A DNA stretch of 64,000 nucleotides from Felis catus. Lineage: Eukaryota. The stretch covers positions 116,562,001 through 116,626,000 of the forward strand of contig NC_058368.1 in the NCBI RefSeq assembly GCF_018350175.1, written 5' to 3'. Both the position numbers and the translations under genes were made by a program. The notes beneath the pieces were generated by a model. The model did not search any database. It worked only from the letters and a program-made list of their open reading frames with translations, and had not been told where the DNA came from. Of this stretch, positions 60,868-64,000 are shown in pieces (the first letter of the stretch is position 1; each line of letters opens with the position of its first letter).

Positions 60868-62879
60868 ACTGTTTTTGTTTTTGTTTTTGTTTTTGTTTTT
60901 GTTTTTCTGTCACCATGTGTCTTTTGATTGGAGCATTTATCCGTACATTCCAAGTAATTATTGATAGGTATGTACCTAGTGCCATTTTGTTACTTGTTGT
61001 ATGGTTATTTTTGTAGTTCTTCTCTGTTACTTTCTTCCCTTGTTCTCTTCTCTCATGATTAGTTGGCTTTCTTTAGTGATATACTTGGATTCTTTTATTT
61101 TTGTATGTCTATTACTGTTTTTTTTTTTGATTTGTGGTTACCATTAGGGATGTAGATTACATCTGCATATAGCAGTCCATATTAAGTTGATGCTTGCTTA
61201 AGTTTGAACCCATTCTTTACTCCTCTCCCCCACCAAGTTTTAGGTATATGGTGTCATACTTTATAACCTTTTAATTTGTGAGTCTTTTGACTGAGTTTTA
61301 CAGACATACTTAGTTTTTACTGCTTTTTTGTTTCCTTTTTTTCTTACTCTTACTTATGATCTTTCCTTTCCACTCTAAGAGTCCCCTTTAACATTTCTTA
61401 TAGGGTTGGTTTAGTGGTCATGAATTCCTTTAAATTTTGTTTGTTTGGGAAACTCTTTATTCCTTCTTCTATTCTGAAAGATAGCCTTGGTGTATAGAGT
61501 ATCCTTGCCTGCACACATTTTCTTTTCAGCATCTTGAATATATCATGCCACTGCCTTCTGACCTGAAAAGTTTCTGCTGAAGAAATGACCTTAATTGCAT
61601 AATGGGGTTTCCCTTAAATGTAACTTCTTTCTTTTCCCTTGCTGCCTCTCTTTATCACTACTTTTTTGCCATTTCAATTACTGTGTGTCTTGTTGTGGAC
61701 CTCATTAGGTTGATTTCATGGGGAGATCTATGTGCCTCCTGAATCTGGATGTCTATTTATTTCCCCAGATTTGAAAAGTTTTTCTCTCTTTTTCTTCTGC
61801 AAATGTTATTATGCTTGATGGTGTTACTGAGTTCCCTAAGTCTGTTCTCATTTTGCATAATTTTCTTCCTCTCATCTGCTCAGCTTTATTATTTTCCATT
61901 ACTTTGTCCCTCAGGTTGCTGATTGATTTTTCTGCTTCCTCTAGCCTACTATTTATTTATCCTAGTGTATTTTGAATCTCATTTATTTTGTTCTTTTTCT
62001 CTGATTGGTTCTTTTTTATCTCTTTTTTAAGGGTCTCACTGATGTCTTCCATTCTTTTCTCAAGTTAAGTGAGTACTTTTATAATTATTACTTTAAATTC
62101 TTGATCAGGCGTATTACCTATCTCTGTTTCACTTAGGTCTCCTGCTGTGATCTTGTCCTCTTCTTTCATTTGGGACATGTTCCTCTGCCTTTTCATTTTG
62201 TCTAACTCTCTGTTTGTTTCTCTGTTAGGACAGTCAGCTACATCTCTTGCTTGAAAGTAATGGCCTTATGAATAAGAGATCCTGTAGTGCCTTGCATTGC
62301 AGTGTTCCCTGTTCACTGGAAACTGGCATTTCAGGCATGTCTCCTATGTGTGTTGTGTATGCCCTGCTTTTGCAGCTGAGCCATTTTTTCTTTCAGTCCA
62401 TTTGTCTGCAGTGGCTCTCTTTGCCTGTTGTGGGCAGTGTTTTTGTCCCTGTGGTGTTACTGGGCCAGTCTAGGGCCACTTGGACTTGAGTTGAGTCAAA
62501 CCAGGTGATTGCCAGAGATGCAGTAACACAAAACTGCAAGGTGTTTTCCCTGTTTTGTCCCCTGAGAAATTTTCATTTGTGGGTAGGCCCTTCAATCAGA
62601 CCGTCTCTCTGTCTCCATCCCACTTCTGGGGCCACAGTTGGCCTGGTGTACGGGTGTATGTGGTTATCTTTCTCTCTCTCTAGCACAGGAGTTACCCTGG
62701 AGTGGTGCTGTCCCCTGTCGGGGCTGCTTGCACGCTGTCAGGCCTGCAGTACTACCCTGAGTGAGCTGTGGCCAGGAGCATACTGGGGGGGCCACATCTA
62801 CAACATACTCAGAGAATGGGGGTGGTAGCAGTGTTAGCAAGTTAGGTAGCAAATATTAGCCCTGTACTGGCTCCTGCTG

Positions 62880-64000
62880 ACATTTTTTCAAGTGATCTTC
62901 TTGTCCATTTATATTTGTCTTCAATTTCTGGGCCTCCAGTAATGCAGTATTTATATTCTTTATGGTATCTCACATGTCCCTTAGGCTCCACTTACTTTTC
63001 TAAAAATTTTTTTAAATGGTTATTAATTTTTGAGAGAGAGAGAGAGAGATAGTGAAAGAGAGAGAGAGAGAGAGAAAGCGCAATCTGGAGGAAGGGAAGA
63101 CAGAAGGTGACAGAGGATCTGTAGCAGGCTCTGCACTGTCAATGCAGAGCCCAACGCAGGGCCAGAACTCACTGACCATAAGATCATGACCCGAGGTGAA
63201 GTTGGACGACTAACCAAATGAGCCACCAAGGCACCCCCTACTTTTCTTTTTTCAATAATTTTTCTTTCTGTTCCTCATATGATAAATTACATTGTCCTGT
63301 CTTCAGGTATCTGCTAATTCTTTCTTCTGCCTAATCAAATCTGATGTTCCGCCCCTGTGATGAATTTTTTTCATTTTAGTTATTGGATTTTTCAGCTCTA
63401 GAATTTGTTTGGCTCCTTTTTGTAATTTCTGTCCTTGTGTTAGCATTCTCATTTTGTTCATATATCATTTTCCTGATTTCTTTTACTTCTTTGTCCACAT
63501 TTCCCTCAACTCTTTTGGCATATTTAAGACAGTTATTTTAAAGTCTTTGTACATTAAGTGTAACGTCTGAGCTTTCTGAGTCAATTTCTGCCAATTAATT
63601 TTGTTCTTTTGAATGTTTTACTGTTTTTTTGTATGCCTTGCCATTTTTTTTTTGAACATTGGGCATTTAGCTATTATGTGTTAAGTCTAGAAATCAGGTT
63701 GTACCCCTTTCCCTGTACTTTGATAGTTCTTTAATTGCTAAAGGCTATAGTAGACTTTTTGCTTTGAGACTTTCCCAAACTGTTTTTCAAAAACTATTCC
63801 TTGTCGAGTGTGATCACTGAAGTCTCTGTTTTCATAGCTCATGTTTTGTTAATATTTTGAAAGAGATTCCTTGAATGCTGGGAGCTGAAATGAACAAAGA
63901 AAGAAGCAAAAAAAATTCATAAGAGGAAAAAAGAGAACAGCCACCTCTCCCAGTATTACCAGATTGGCTCTATGTTGAGGTGCTTCTTCATCACTTAACT
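62880..64000 (-). mobile_element. old L1M ORF1/5' fossil
   Basis: ctgctaattctttcttctgcc..ttttcagctctagaattt..atttaagacagtt. Confidence 0.7.
63007..63238 (-). mobile_element. CanSINE
   Basis: TSD tacttttct. Confidence 0.9.

Larger units (their letters stand above)
60375..62878 (-). mobile_element. older carnivore L1: ORF2 start, inter-ORF, ORF1 and part of 5'UTR
   Basis: ggcagcatatagatgggtcttg, ggtttagtggtcatgaattcc, atatcatgccac; region homologous to 58560-59560. Confidence 0.75.

Noticed and set aside
6658..63238. tRNA genes
   Set aside because: All A/B-box matches are CanSINE or MIR heads, not complete cloverleafs.

Overview
Eukaryotic DNA from a felid (cat-family) genome, judged from about 39 tRNA-derived CanSINEs, several of the young feline type, and carnivore/felid L1s. 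Apart from the first ~4 kb, the window is almost entirely transposable-element sequence. It holds ancient L2, MIR, MER20, HAL1, MLT and L1M fossils, a near-complete Tigger1 spread over ~9.4 kb, many nested carnivore L1s (one full-length at 23.4-30.3 kb) and a 618-bp betaretrovirus-like solo LTR inside a young SINE. No intact protein-coding gene is supportable. There are two pseudogenes: a decayed C2H2 zinc-finger array (~51.1-52.8 kb) whose fingers alternate between two types, and a processed NDUFA1 retrocopy (~54.0-54.3 kb, minus strand) with an in-frame 21-codon deletion. I found no convincing new biological system. The best leads are the ERV2-like LTR with a duplicated U3 end, a CanSINE variant with a tandem array of B-box units (two copies), two captured non-TE segments inside old L1s, and a patchwork templated insertion copied from 1.4 kb away. 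Repeat family names come from recalled consensus sequences, not from a search. Boundaries of old elements are approximate.
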